A stretch of DNA of 64,000 nucleotides from positions 384,001 through 448,000 of the forward strand of contig CAWANH010000029.1 in assembly GCA_963783375.1 (NCBI GenBank), in the 5' to 3' direction. Under the pieces are notes generated by a model. It did no database searches, was not told the origin of the DNA, and worked only from the letters and a program-made list of their open reading frames with translations. Position 1 is the stretch's first letter; each line of letters opens with the position of its first letter. Both the position numbers and the translations under genes were made by a program. This document shows positions 27,993 to 37,216 of the stretch, piece after piece. Source of the stretch: Candidatus Eiseniibacteriota bacterium. GTDB taxonomy: Bacteria; Eisenbacteria; RBG-16-71-46; JABDJR01.

Positions 27993-28955
27993 CTAGCCCT
28001 CATCCAGAAGCTTCTGGATCTTCCGGGTGATGGCCATGGCCGAGGTGTTTTCGCGCTTCCACATGTTGCGGCCGAAAATGAATCCGATCGCGCCCGCCTG
28101 GACTCCGAGTTTCGCCCGCCATAGAAGATCGTCGTCTCCGACCTGGGAGCCGCCGCTGAACAGGACCGGAATCCCCTGGGAAGCCTTCACCACCCGGGTG
28201 GCCCGCTCCTGGAGCGTATCCTCGAACTTCTGCTTGGACCACTCGCGCTCGAGTTCCCGGTAGTACTTGGGAATCCTTGCGTTGTCCACGAACCCCTCGG
28301 GCGGCGCCTTGGGGAGGTTGGCCTTGATGATGGTCGCTCCCATCTCGGTGGCCATGCGGACCGCGCTCTCGATGGCGTAGTTGGAATCCCGTCCGCCCTT
28401 CAGGTCGATGGCCTCGCCCCGGGGATAGGCCCACACGATGAGCGGCATCCCGGTCTGTTCGCACACCGCGCGCACCTCGGCGAGCTGGGGAATGTCCTCG
28501 TCCTGCCGCGGGGAGCCGTAGTAGAGGGTGTAGCCCACCGCCACCGCCCCCATGCGGACCGCGTCCTCCACGAAGGAGGTGGGCACGGAAAGCGCCTGGG
28601 CGTCGGAGGGGATGGAAGTCTTTCCGTTGATCTTGACGATGACCGGAACCTGTCCCTCCCACTTGGACCAGAACCGCTTGGTGAGCCCGTAGTGGATGGC
28701 CACCGCGTTGTAGCCGCCCTCGACCGCGAGGCGGACGATGTAATCCGGGTTCCCGGCGTCGGAGGCCGCCTCGAGATGGCGGGAGTCGTGCTCGATGAAC
28801 TGGTCGTAGGGGAGGATCAGGGTGCGGCCGTTGTCGCGCAGGAACTGACGGACCCGCGCGAGCTCCCCGGGGCTGAAGTGACAGTGCCGGAAGTAGCGGA
28901 GCTTGTCCGCCGCGCCGGTGGGTTTCGTCGCGGGAGCGGATTCAGTGGTGGTCAT
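27993..28955 (-). CDS. Class I (DhnA/FbaB-type) fructose-bisphosphate aldolase family protein
   Basis: LILPYDQ..EH, VKINGKT, AVGYTLYYGS, W.YPRG, GATIIK (Schiff-base Lys), SGG, FGRN.W. Confidence 0.88.
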   Translation of the reverse strand: MTTTESAPATKPTGAADKLRYFRHCHFSPGELARVRQFLRDNGRTLILPYDQFIEHDSRHLEAASDAGNPDYIVRLAVEGGYNAVAIHYGLTKRFWSKWEGQVPVIVKINGKTSIPSDAQALSVPTSFVEDAVRMGAVAVGYTLYYGSPRQDEDIPQLAEVRAVCEQTGMPLIVWAYPRGEAIDLKGGRDSNYAIESAVRMATEMGATIIKANLPKAPPEGFVDNARIPKYYRELEREWSKQKFEDTLQERATRVVKASQGIPVLFSGGSQVGDDDLLWRAKLGVQAGAIGFIFGRNMWKRENTSAMAITRKIQKLLDEG

Positions 28956-29078
28956 GAGGTAGCCTCCGTGCGTCTGCTTCGATCGGAGCGACGGATGCGC
29001 TCCGGATAAATCCTTCGCCGACGGTTTCGAGTATAGCGGCCCCGGGGCCGGCGGGCCACCGGGGGCGTGGACGCCGCT

Positions 29079-31718
29079 TCAGGGCAACCGCTCGGTCACC
29101 TCGAGGATCCGATACCGGTGCGATCCGCCTTCCCGGGGGACGTCCACCACGTCGCCCACCCGCTTTCCGTGGAGCGATTTCCCGACCGGGGCCTTGTAGG
29201 AAACCACCCCCGTGCCCAGGTCCTGGTCCCCCTCTCCGAGCAACCACAGGGTGAGCGGCTTTTCCCCGCCCCCGGGATCCTCCGACTCGAGCCGGACCTG
29301 GGTGCCGGGGAGCGCCACCCCCTCCACCCGCTCCAGGTTCTCGATGAGACGGACCCGGCCGAGGAGCGTTTCCAGCTCCTCGAAGCGCTTGGCGTAGGAG
29401 GCTTGCTTCTCCTTGGCCGCCTTGTATTCCGCGTTCTCCCGGAGGTCCCCGTGTTCCCGCGCCTTCTGGATGGCCCGGGGGATCACCGTCTTGAGTTCCA
29501 TCCCCACCCGACTCCGCTCGGCCTCCAGGCGGTTCAGGGTGGGCCGGGTGACCACGAGGTCTCCCCCGTAGGGATCGTCGGTGTCCGCCGCCGCGGCCAT
29601 GCGGCCGGCGATCCGGGCCGCCGAGCGCGCGCGATGTCCCTCCACCTCCTCGGCAATCCCGGTGTGACCCACCTCCCGCAGGAAGTCGAGCAGGGGGAAC
29701 CGCACCTTGTCCGTGCCCTGCCACCGCTTGAGCCGGAGGGTGAAGTCGCCCTCCTTGTTCTCGGGGAGGGGCGCCGAGGTGAGCCAGCGGCCCAGAGGGG
29801 ACCCGGGGGACATGAACCCCTGGGCGCGCTTCTGATGGGTCTGGCGAGGGGGGCGTTCCAGGAGGTCCAGCCACGCACTCAGGATCAGGTGGGTGCGCAG
29901 GGGATCCGGCTCCCCCAGTTCTCCGGCGGGGAGCGCCTCTTCGAAGAGGAAGAGCGCGGCCTCGGGGCGCGAGGCCGCGGCGGCCAGGGCGGCGGCGGCC
30001 GCCGCATCCCGGGCCCCCATGTCGCCCAGCCGCGCCCACACCGCGCGGCGCACGGTGGTGGCGCGGGAATCGAGGGCCGCGGTCAGGGCGGGAAGCGTGT
30101 TCACCCGGGTGAGCAGGGTTTCCTGCTCGGTCTTGGCCAGGGCGTTGAAATCGAAATCGGCGGTCACGTAGTCCTCGGGGGCCGCGTCGCTCCGCGGATC
30201 GGCGCGCAGGAGCCAGAGCGCGGCCGCCGCCCGCACCTCGGCGGGGAGCGAGGCGCGGGCGGTGAGGGCCTCCACCCGATCGCGGTAGGCCGCGAGCACC
30301 CGTTCGGTCTCGTCCGGGTAGTGGGCGAGGAAGGTGTCGAGAAGGCCGAGGTTCTTCATCGGGTCGCGCTTCACGTTCCAGATCGGAAGCTCCACCTCGT
30401 CGTCATCGCTCTCGGAAGCCACCCGGTACGCGTTCTCGTAGGCCCGCCGGGAATCGATGCGGGGGTCCGAGACCGCCGCGTTCTTGGCCGTACGCCACCA
30501 ACCGGCCCAGGCGGTGGCCGGAAGGACGGCGGGCACCAGCGCCTTCTTCAGGTCGTCGAGCGTCCCCTGGCCGCCCTTCAGCGTGCGAAGCGCCAGGAGG
30601 ACCACCGCGGCCGGGTCCTCGGCCAGGAGCTTCCGCACCGTCTCCGGCTGGACCTGCATCTGGACCCGGAGGTCGTCGGGGGGGAGGACGTCCAGGGCGT
30701 TGGCCGCGGTGCCCACGGTCATGCGGTGGAGCGGCTTGGCCGGAAAATCGATCACCAGGCTCTCGGTGTCGTTGTCCCGGATCTTCCCGATCCCCCAGCC
30801 GAAGTGGCGCGCGTAGTAGCCGGGAGGGTAGGCCTGCACCGTGTCCAGCCGGGCCAGAACGACCTCGGCGGGCTGGGAGGGGCGCTCGATCTCCGATATG
30901 CGGAGAATGGCCCCGGGATCGGGATAGGCGACCACCGCGGCCCGGGTCACCTCGGCCACCGCCTCGCGCAGGCGATCGTGGTCCGGGTGCTTCCGCCAGA
31001 GTTCCTTCATCACCGGCCAGGCCACCGCCGCCCCGCGCGGGGTGGTGAACGCGTGGCTGGTGAGATCCAGGAGCGCGTCGGCCCGGTCCCAGACCTCGTG
31101 GCGGACCAGGATCTCCAGGCTCTTGAGGAGGGACCGCACGATGACCGGCCCCGCCGGCCCCTCGGCCAGAAGAAGGATGGCTTCGTCGGCGATCGCGTAG
31201 TTCTTGTCCTCCAGGAGCGAGGGGAGGGACTCCGCCGCGAGGCGCCGGGCCGCAGGCTCTTCCCCGCGCGCGAGACGGGCCTCCGCGGTCTCCCACGCCA
31301 GGAGCCCGTGGCGGGGGGCGGCGCGATGCGCCTCCTCGAGGAGGTCGTCGTCCACCGCCTCCGCCCCTCCCTGGGCCCGGGCCCGGGCCAGGAGCGGCGC
31401 GGCGGTCTGCGGGTTCCGGTCCAGGATGGGGGCGGTGACCCGCGCCAGCGCCTTCCAATACCCGGCCTGATTCAGGCGCTCGGCGACCGATAGGAGAACC
31501 CGCTCCGCCTCGTCGATCTCCCCCGCTTCCTCCAGGGCCCGGGCCAGAAGGCGGTGAAGGCCCACGGCGGGCTTCTTCTCGGGGAGGGCGGAGCGAACGG
31601 CGGCGGGGGGCGGAACCGGCGCGGCGTCCTCGGCGGCGATCAGCGCGGCCAGCGCCGACGCCTCGGTGTCTAGATCGGTGTCGGCCCCGTCGGCCAGCGA
31701 GCGAATGGAATCTGACAT
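29079..31718 (-). CDS. greA: GreA/GreB transcription elongation factor with a ~700-aa N-terminal extension
   Basis: C-terminal AI..AREHGDLRENAEY.AAKE.Q and VSYKAPVG..L.GK.VGD; long helical N-region containing HFGWGIGKI...IDF. Confidence 0.85.
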   Translation of the reverse strand: MSDSIRSLADGADTDLDTEASALAALIAAEDAAPVPPPAAVRSALPEKKPAVGLHRLLARALEEAGEIDEAERVLLSVAERLNQAGYWKALARVTAPILDRNPQTAAPLLARARAQGGAEAVDDDLLEEAHRAAPRHGLLAWETAEARLARGEEPAARRLAAESLPSLLEDKNYAIADEAILLLAEGPAGPVIVRSLLKSLEILVRHEVWDRADALLDLTSHAFTTPRGAAVAWPVMKELWRKHPDHDRLREAVAEVTRAAVVAYPDPGAILRISEIERPSQPAEVVLARLDTVQAYPPGYYARHFGWGIGKIRDNDTESLVIDFPAKPLHRMTVGTAANALDVLPPDDLRVQMQVQPETVRKLLAEDPAAVVLLALRTLKGGQGTLDDLKKALVPAVLPATAWAGWWRTAKNAAVSDPRIDSRRAYENAYRVASESDDDEVELPIWNVKRDPMKNLGLLDTFLAHYPDETERVLAAYRDRVEALTARASLPAEVRAAAALWLLRADPRSDAAPEDYVTADFDFNALAKTEQETLLTRVNTLPALTAALDSRATTVRRAVWARLGDMGARDAAAAAALAAAASRPEAALFLFEEALPAGELGEPDPLRTHLILSAWLDLLERPPRQTHQKRAQGFMSPGSPLGRWLTSAPLPENKEGDFTLRLKRWQGTDKVRFPLLDFLREVGHTGIAEEVEGHRARSAARIAGRMAAAADTDDPYGGDLVVTRPTLNRLEAERSRVGMELKTVIPRAIQKAREHGDLRENAEYKAAKEKQASYAKRFEELETLLGRVRLIENLERVEGVALPGTQVRLESEDPGGGEKPLTLWLLGEGDQDLGTGVVSYKAPVGKSLHGKRVGDVVDVPREGGSHRYRILEVTERLP

Positions 31719-31837
31719 AGGGGTGGCTCCCTCGAGTGATCGTAAAAGGAAACGATGGTAGCACAGGGGGGCGGGAACTCCGGAAGCGGGTGACCGTCCG
31801 CCCGGGCCCCGGCGATTCGTCCATCCCGCAAGCCTCG

Positions 31838-31866
31838 TTGACATGACCGGCGGGGCCGGGTAGTCT
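31838..31866 (+). promoter_or_regulatory. sigma70-type promoter TTGACA-17-TAGTCT for tRNA-Ala
   Basis: Near-consensus hexamers, 17-nt spacer. Confidence 0.7.
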
Positions 31867-31911
31867 TTCCGCCCTTGCCGCCGGACCCGGGGTCCGGCGG
31901 GACCTCTTCGT

Positions 31912-31987
31912 GGGGCTGTAGCTCAGATGGGAGAGCGCTTGTCTGGCAGACAAGAGGTCACGGGTTCGATCCCCGTCAGCTCCACCA
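31912..31987 (+). tRNA. tRNA-Ala(GGC)
   Basis: GGGGCTG/CAGCTCC acceptor with G3:U70, CTTGT-CTGGCAG-ACAAG anticodon arm, GGTTCGATCCC, CCA. Confidence 0.97.
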
Positions 31988-32057
31988 ACCTCTCCGGAGC
32001 GCCGGCCGCGCTTCGCGGCTTCGACGCGGCGATGCGTGACGCCGACGCGCGCCGCCG

Positions 32058-32086
32058 TTGACCCTGACCGGGTACGGCGATAGACT
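32058..32086 (+). promoter_or_regulatory. sigma70-type promoter TTGACC-17-TAGACT for scpAB-pheA
   Basis: Hexamers with a 17-nt spacer upstream of scpA. Confidence 0.65.
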
Positions 32087-32137
32087 GCGCCCTTCCGCCG
32101 AACCACCCAATGCCGAGCGCCGGGGAGGGCGCGCACC

Positions 32138-33196
32138 TTGATTCTGGACGCCGACGATCGCTCACCGGACGAAGGGGAGGCCGAGGCCCCGCGGCCGGTG
32201 GAGCCGATCTACCCCATGGGACCGGCCATGCACGTCCCCGCCGAGGCGGTCCAGCTCACCTTCCTCGATCCCCGGTCCGCCCTCCGCGAGGTCACCGAGA
32301 CCGGTGAGGACGGCGAGGAGGAAGCGTTCGAGTTCAAGAGCCCCCTGGGGATCCGCCTTCCGGTCTTCGAGGGACCGCTCGATCTGCTTCTCTACCTGAT
32401 CCGCCGGGACAAGCTCGATATCTACGACATCCCCATCGGCCACATCACCGAACAATACCTGGGCATGCTCGGGGTGATGAAGGTGCTGGACCTCGAGGTG
32501 GCCGGCGATTTCCTGGTCATGGCCGCCACCCTCATGCGGCTGAAGGCCCGCATGCTGCTTCCCACCTGGCCCGAGGGCGAGGACGAGGACGACGATCCGC
32601 GGGCCGAGCTGATCGGCCAGCTCCTGGAGTACCGCCGGTTCAAGGAGGCCGCCCGCCGGCTCAAGGACCAGGAAGAGGCGCGTCGGCTCTGGTACGGGCG
32701 CGGCTTCGTTCCCAGCTACGAGAACGATCTTCCTCCCGAGCTGGAGCCGGTCTCCCATTTCGCCCTCATCGAGGTCATGAAAGAGGTGCTGGCCCGGGTG
32801 GGGGAGGAGTTCTTCTATGAGGTGGAGCTCGAGGACGTCACCCTGGAAGAGAAGGTCGCCCTGGTGCTCGGGGAGCTCGAGGGCCACGGGCGCGCCCTCT
32901 TCCTGGACCTGGTCACCCGGTTTCCCCGGCGCATGCACGTGGTGGTGACCTTCATGGCCATTCTCGAGCTCTCCAAGCAGGGACGGGTGGCGGTGGCCCA
33001 GGAGAAGGCGTTCGGACAGATCTGGATCTACCCGGTGCGGGAGGGCAAGGTGGTTCTGACCGCGGCGGAGGAGGGGGACGCCGTCCCGCACCCCGACGCC
33101 GGCCAGGGCGCGGCGGGCCCGCCCGCCCCCGAACCGGAAACGAGGCCCGAGGGCGAGGACGCCGGGCGGGCGGAGGACGTGGATGGAACCCCATGA
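32138..33196 (+). CDS. scpA: Segregation and condensation protein A (kleisin)
   Basis: FEGPLDLLL.LIRR.KLDIYDIPI..IT.QY, FLVMAATL..LK.R.LLP, VVTF.AILEL; TTG start. Confidence 0.93.
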   Translation: MILDADDRSPDEGEAEAPRPVEPIYPMGPAMHVPAEAVQLTFLDPRSALREVTETGEDGEEEAFEFKSPLGIRLPVFEGPLDLLLYLIRRDKLDIYDIPIGHITEQYLGMLGVMKVLDLEVAGDFLVMAATLMRLKARMLLPTWPEGEDEDDDPRAELIGQLLEYRRFKEAARRLKDQEEARRLWYGRGFVPSYENDLPPELEPVSHFALIEVMKEVLARVGEEFFYEVELEDVTLEEKVALVLGELEGHGRALFLDLVTRFPRRMHVVVTFMAILELSKQGRVAVAQEKAFGQIWIYPVREGKVVLTAAEEGDAVPHPDAGQGAAGPPAPEPETRPEGEDAGRAEDVDGTP

Positions 33197-34109
33197 GCTG
33201 AGCCCGCTGGTGGAGGCGCTGCTCTTCGCCGCCGCGGAGCCCATGACCGTGAACGCCGTGGTCAAGGCGGTGGACGACGAGGGGACGGGCGTCCCCGAAG
33301 TGCGGGCGGTGCTGGACGCCCTGACCGATCACTACGAGGTGCAGCCCCGGGGCTTCAAGCTGGTGAAGCTCGGAACCGGCTACCAGATCGTGACCCGGGA
33401 GCGCTACGCCCCGTGGGTGGAGGCGATGGTGGCCGGGAAGCGAAAGACCCGCCTCTCCCGCCCCGCCCTGGAGACCGCGGCGGTGATCGCCTACAAGCAG
33501 CCCATCACGCGGCTCGACGTGGAGCGGATCCGGGGGGTGGACGCCGGGGCGGTGCTCAACACCCTCCTGGAGCGGAGCCTGATCATGATCAAGGGGCGCG
33601 ATCCCGGACCGGGGCGTCCCCTCCTCTACGGCACCACCCAGCAGTTCCTGGACTACTTCGGGTTGGCCAAGCTCAGCGATCTCCCGCGGCTGGACGAGAT
33701 CGCCGCCCTGGCCCGGACCGAGGCGCCGGGGATCTGGGACGACAGCGAGCGGGCCCGCTTCGAGAAGCACGGGGTGGAGCCGGACTCCGTACCTCTTCCC
33801 GGAGGGGAGGAGGGACCCGACCCCGAGGCGCCGGGGGCGGAGTTCGCCGAGGCCGCCGGCGGGGCGGGGAACGAGGGCGCCGGCGCCTCGACGGTTCTGA
33901 TCCCCGAGGAGGACCGGGAAGGCGACCGGGCGGAGTTCCTCGAGGTGGTTTCGGAGCTGGCCGGTGAGGCCGACGACGATCCGGACCGCGGGGATCCGCC
34001 GTCCGGTCTCGACGACGAGGATGCCCCGGACCTCGGGAGCGCGGCGCCCGATCTCGACTCGGACGACGGCGACGCGAGATCGGAGGAGTCCGTCCGGCCC
34101 CCCTCATGA
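33183..34109 (+). CDS. scpB: Segregation and condensation protein B with acidic C-terminal tail
   Basis: VEALLFAA.EP, LSRPALET.A.IAYKQPITR..E.IRGV, GRP.LYGTT..FL.YFGL..LSDLP. Confidence 0.95.
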   Translation: MEPHELSPLVEALLFAAAEPMTVNAVVKAVDDEGTGVPEVRAVLDALTDHYEVQPRGFKLVKLGTGYQIVTRERYAPWVEAMVAGKRKTRLSRPALETAAVIAYKQPITRLDVERIRGVDAGAVLNTLLERSLIMIKGRDPGPGRPLLYGTTQQFLDYFGLAKLSDLPRLDEIAALARTEAPGIWDDSERARFEKHGVEPDSVPLPGGEEGPDPEAPGAEFAEAAGGAGNEGAGASTVLIPEEDREGDRAEFLEVVSELAGEADDDPDRGDPPSGLDDEDAPDLGSAAPDLDSDDGDARSEESVRPPS

Positions 34110-35179
34110 GCGAGCAACTCGCCCGGCTCCGGACCCGGATCGACGATCTCGATCGCCGCCTCCTGGAGCTCCTCATCCGGCGGGCGGAGGCGGCGCGGGC
34201 CATCGGCGGACTCAAGGCGCGCACCGGTTCCACGGTGCTGGACCCCGGCCGGGAACGGGAGATCCTGGGCCGGCTCGAGACCCTGAACGCCGGGCGCTAC
34301 CCCCCCGAGGCGCTGACCGCGATCTTCCGCGAGATCATCTCCGCCTCCCGCGCCCTGGAAGCTCCCATCACCGTGGGCTACCTCGGCCGCCCCGGGGGAT
34401 TCGCCGAGCTGGCCACCCGCCGCCGGTTCGGCTCCGGGGCCACGGTGAGCGCCTACGTCGACGCCGCCCACCTCGTCCGCGATCTCGACACCGGGCGGGT
34501 GGAGTACGCGCTCATCGCTCGGGAAGTGGGGGACGAGGATCCCGCTCTCGACACCTTCGACCTCTTCCTGGACGCGCGGGTGACCCTGTTCGGCGAGTTC
34601 GTGCTGGCCCGGGGATACGCGGTCCTCATGAAGGGCCCGCGGACGGCGGAACGGCCCTCGGTGGTCTACGGGCACCCCGGTGCCCTCGCCCGCTGCCGGG
34701 AATGGCTGGCCGCCCATCCGGAGGCCACGGTGATCGCCGCCGCCGGCTCCCGCGAGGCGGCGGCGGCGGTGACCCGGCGGGGCGAGGCGGCCCTGGCCCC
34801 GGCGAGCCTGGCCGACGGCCGGAAGCTGGTGGTCGCCGCGTCCTCGGTCGAGGACGATCCCGACCCCCGGCGGCGTTTCTTCCTCCTGGCCCGGACCGCC
34901 CCCCGGCGAAGCGGGCGCGATCGGACCGCCCTGGTCTGCGTGCTCCCCAACCGTCCCGGCGTGCTGGCCGGGTTCCTCACCGTGTTCGCCGACCATCGGG
35001 CCAACGTGGCCTGGATCGAGATACGCGAGAGCCGCCACCGCCCGTGGGAGCACGCGTTCCTCATCGAGGTGGACGGTCACACCGCCGACCCCGGGGTGAA
35101 GCGCGCCCTGGCCGCGGCGGGGGAGATCGCCTCCCACCTCCAGGTGCTCGGGTCCTACCCGGTCGAGACGTCGGCCTGA
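34106..35179 (+). CDS. pheA: Chorismate mutase (AroQ) / prephenate dehydratase / ACT fusion; dehydratase motifs degenerate
   Basis: LR.RID.LD..LL.L..RR, DPGRE.EIL, IFREIISASRALE; GRDRTAL..NRPG.L, LGSYP. Confidence 0.8.
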   Translation: MSEQLARLRTRIDDLDRRLLELLIRRAEAARAIGGLKARTGSTVLDPGREREILGRLETLNAGRYPPEALTAIFREIISASRALEAPITVGYLGRPGGFAELATRRRFGSGATVSAYVDAAHLVRDLDTGRVEYALIAREVGDEDPALDTFDLFLDARVTLFGEFVLARGYAVLMKGPRTAERPSVVYGHPGALARCREWLAAHPEATVIAAAGSREAAAAVTRRGEAALAPASLADGRKLVVAASSVEDDPDPRRRFFLLARTAPRRSGRDRTALVCVLPNRPGVLAGFLTVFADHRANVAWIEIRESRHRPWEHAFLIEVDGHTADPGVKRALAAAGEIASHLQVLGSYPVETSA

Positions 35180-35184
35180 AGCGG

Positions 35185-35203
35185 CGGCGTCCTAGCGACG
35201 CCG
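35185..35203. terminator. Hairpin between convergent pheA and Rossmann-fold genes
   Basis: CGGCGTC-N5-GACGCCG in a 25-nt convergent gap. Confidence 0.4.
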
Positions 35204-35204
35204 T

Positions 35205-36983
35205 TCAGAGGACCCGGAACCCCTCGTCCTGGTTGCTGAGGATCCACGCCACCGCGGTACCGATCTCGATCTGTTCCGAGAAGTAGGTCGAGCGGTTGAC
35301 CCGGGCCGTGGCCCAGCTCTCCCCGTCCCGGGTGGAGCGGCTCTCTTCCATGTGGGCCAGGGTCTCGAGCCACCACGCCACCCGCGAGGGGCGGAGATCC
35401 ACCCAGGTGCCGACGTACTCGTCCAGCTTCTCCGGGGTGATGGCGATCTCGCTCCGGAACTTCCGGTAGGGGGGGGCCGAGATCATGGGGCCGCGGAGGA
35501 GCGTCTTTCCGTCCGGGCAGAGGATGGGGATACCCACCGAGGTGGCGAGGCTGGTGAGCAGGGGGTCGTCGTCGAGGAGCTTCATCAGGCGGTCGGCGAT
35601 GTCCGTCGCCGCCTTGGGTCCGGCCTTGGCTTCGGCCAGGACCGCGGGAAGGGTTCCGTAGGCCCGGCGGAAGAGGTAGATCTCGAAGAGATGCTTGGCC
35701 AGGCCGGGCGGGCCGAGCCGTCCCAGGGCGATGGAGGGCACGCCGTGCTTGGCCTCCAGCCGCTCCAGCATCTCACCCGCCGCCGAGCGCAGGAGTCCGG
35801 CCTTGTAGGTGGAGCCGAGCACGGAGGAGTCGATCGCGCTCACCACGTCGCGGCCGGTTCCGACCCCCTTCACTTCCAGGAGCACCACGTCGGCGATCTC
35901 CTCGGGGGTGATGTACTCCATCTGGTCCAGGGAGGTGATGGCCTCGAACTCCCCGCGGGTGAAGAGCCCGTTCTCGCCGGTGTCCACCAGGGGGACCCGG
36001 AGCCGGTCGGTGCCGTCGGGGCCGCGGAGCTTCTCGTAGCCGGTGGGATCGGGAGTGAGGTCCAGGGTCGGCCCCAGCTCCACCCGGCGGGGCCGGTAGA
36101 GGACGTAGGGCTCGCTCGCCTCACCCAGTTCGAAGACCGTCCGGTCGCCCTCCTCCCGGCGGTGGTACTGCTTGCCCACCGCGGCGCGGAACTCGACGCC
36201 CCGGTAGCCGATCAGGGCCGCCGGCTTCACTTCCTTGATGATGGGGCTCCCCGGGGTCCGGGCCATCAGGAAGAGCATGCCGCTGTGGGCGAAGGCGATG
36301 GCGTTCTTGTTGAGGAGCTGGGGACTCGGTCGTTCCTCGCCGTGGGTGTAGGGGATGTTGAGTCCCATGCCGCCGGTCCCGGTGGTCCCCACCTTGAGAT
36401 ACAGGCGGGCGCCGCACTCCACCAGGGCGCGGTTCAGGATCCGCACGTGGAGGATCAGCTGGGGAATGGAGATCGAGACCATGAGCTTCTCGACGTCCTC
36501 GCGAAGCTCCTCCGCTCCCTTCTCCCGGGCGTCGAGATCGGATTGGACCGCCTGGCAGGAGGTGTAGACGTCCTGGTAGGAGATGCCGGTGGCGGTGTTG
36601 ACGCAGTCCACGATCACGTCGGGCCGTTCCTGGAGAAGGAGCCGGGCCAGGAAGGAATCGCGGTAGGCGCCGTCGAAGTCGCGATAGGTGTCGGTGAAGA
36701 GGCGGCGGCGAAGCCCGGGGTCGCGCCGATGGGGCTGGCCTTCGCCGTCGTCCCCGGCGGGAATCGGTTCGCCGGGAAGGAAGAGGTCCCCGTGAAACCC
36801 CCGGACCCGGAGCGCCGGGAATTCCCCGGCGAGCTTCTCCACCGCGTCCCGGGTCTCGCCGGGGAAGCGCGCCGCGATCACCAGTTCCTCGATCCCGATG
36901 TGCGCGGCCAGGTTCCGCGCGACCTGGTAGCCCACCAGCCCACTTCCACCCAACACCATGGCCCGCCTGTCGCCCTGTCCCAT
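35205..36983 (-). CDS. Large NAD(P)-binding Rossmann-fold protein of unknown function
   Basis: VLGGSGLVG, DVIVDCVNTAT, KVGTTGTGGMGLNIPYTH, DTGENG; GGAGAGG RBS. Confidence 0.7.
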   Translation of the reverse strand: MGQGDRRAMVLGGSGLVGYQVARNLAAHIGIEELVIAARFPGETRDAVEKLAGEFPALRVRGFHGDLFLPGEPIPAGDDGEGQPHRRDPGLRRRLFTDTYRDFDGAYRDSFLARLLLQERPDVIVDCVNTATGISYQDVYTSCQAVQSDLDAREKGAEELREDVEKLMVSISIPQLILHVRILNRALVECGARLYLKVGTTGTGGMGLNIPYTHGEERPSPQLLNKNAIAFAHSGMLFLMARTPGSPIIKEVKPAALIGYRGVEFRAAVGKQYHRREEGDRTVFELGEASEPYVLYRPRRVELGPTLDLTPDPTGYEKLRGPDGTDRLRVPLVDTGENGLFTRGEFEAITSLDQMEYITPEEIADVVLLEVKGVGTGRDVVSAIDSSVLGSTYKAGLLRSAAGEMLERLEAKHGVPSIALGRLGPPGLAKHLFEIYLFRRAYGTLPAVLAEAKAGPKAATDIADRLMKLLDDDPLLTSLATSVGIPILCPDGKTLLRGPMISAPPYRKFRSEIAITPEKLDEYVGTWVDLRPSRVAWWLETLAHMEESRSTRDGESWATARVNRSTYFSEQIEIGTAVAWILSNQDEGFRVL

Positions 36984-37216
36984 GACCCTCTCCTCCGCTG
37001 AGCGCCGCACGCCCGGAAACCGTGGTTCACGTTCCCCGCCCCGGATTCCGGTTGTCGCCGCCGGGGCATTCGCCGGTAGTCATTGTAGCCGCCCCGCGGA
37101 TGGGAGGCGAGCCCCGCCCAGGGGAGAATCGACCCGACGCGGTCGCCGCCTCTTGAGCCGGCCGGCACGGGCCGATACACTCGGCGGGCCACCCCCGGCA
37201 CCGAGGAATCCATTCC

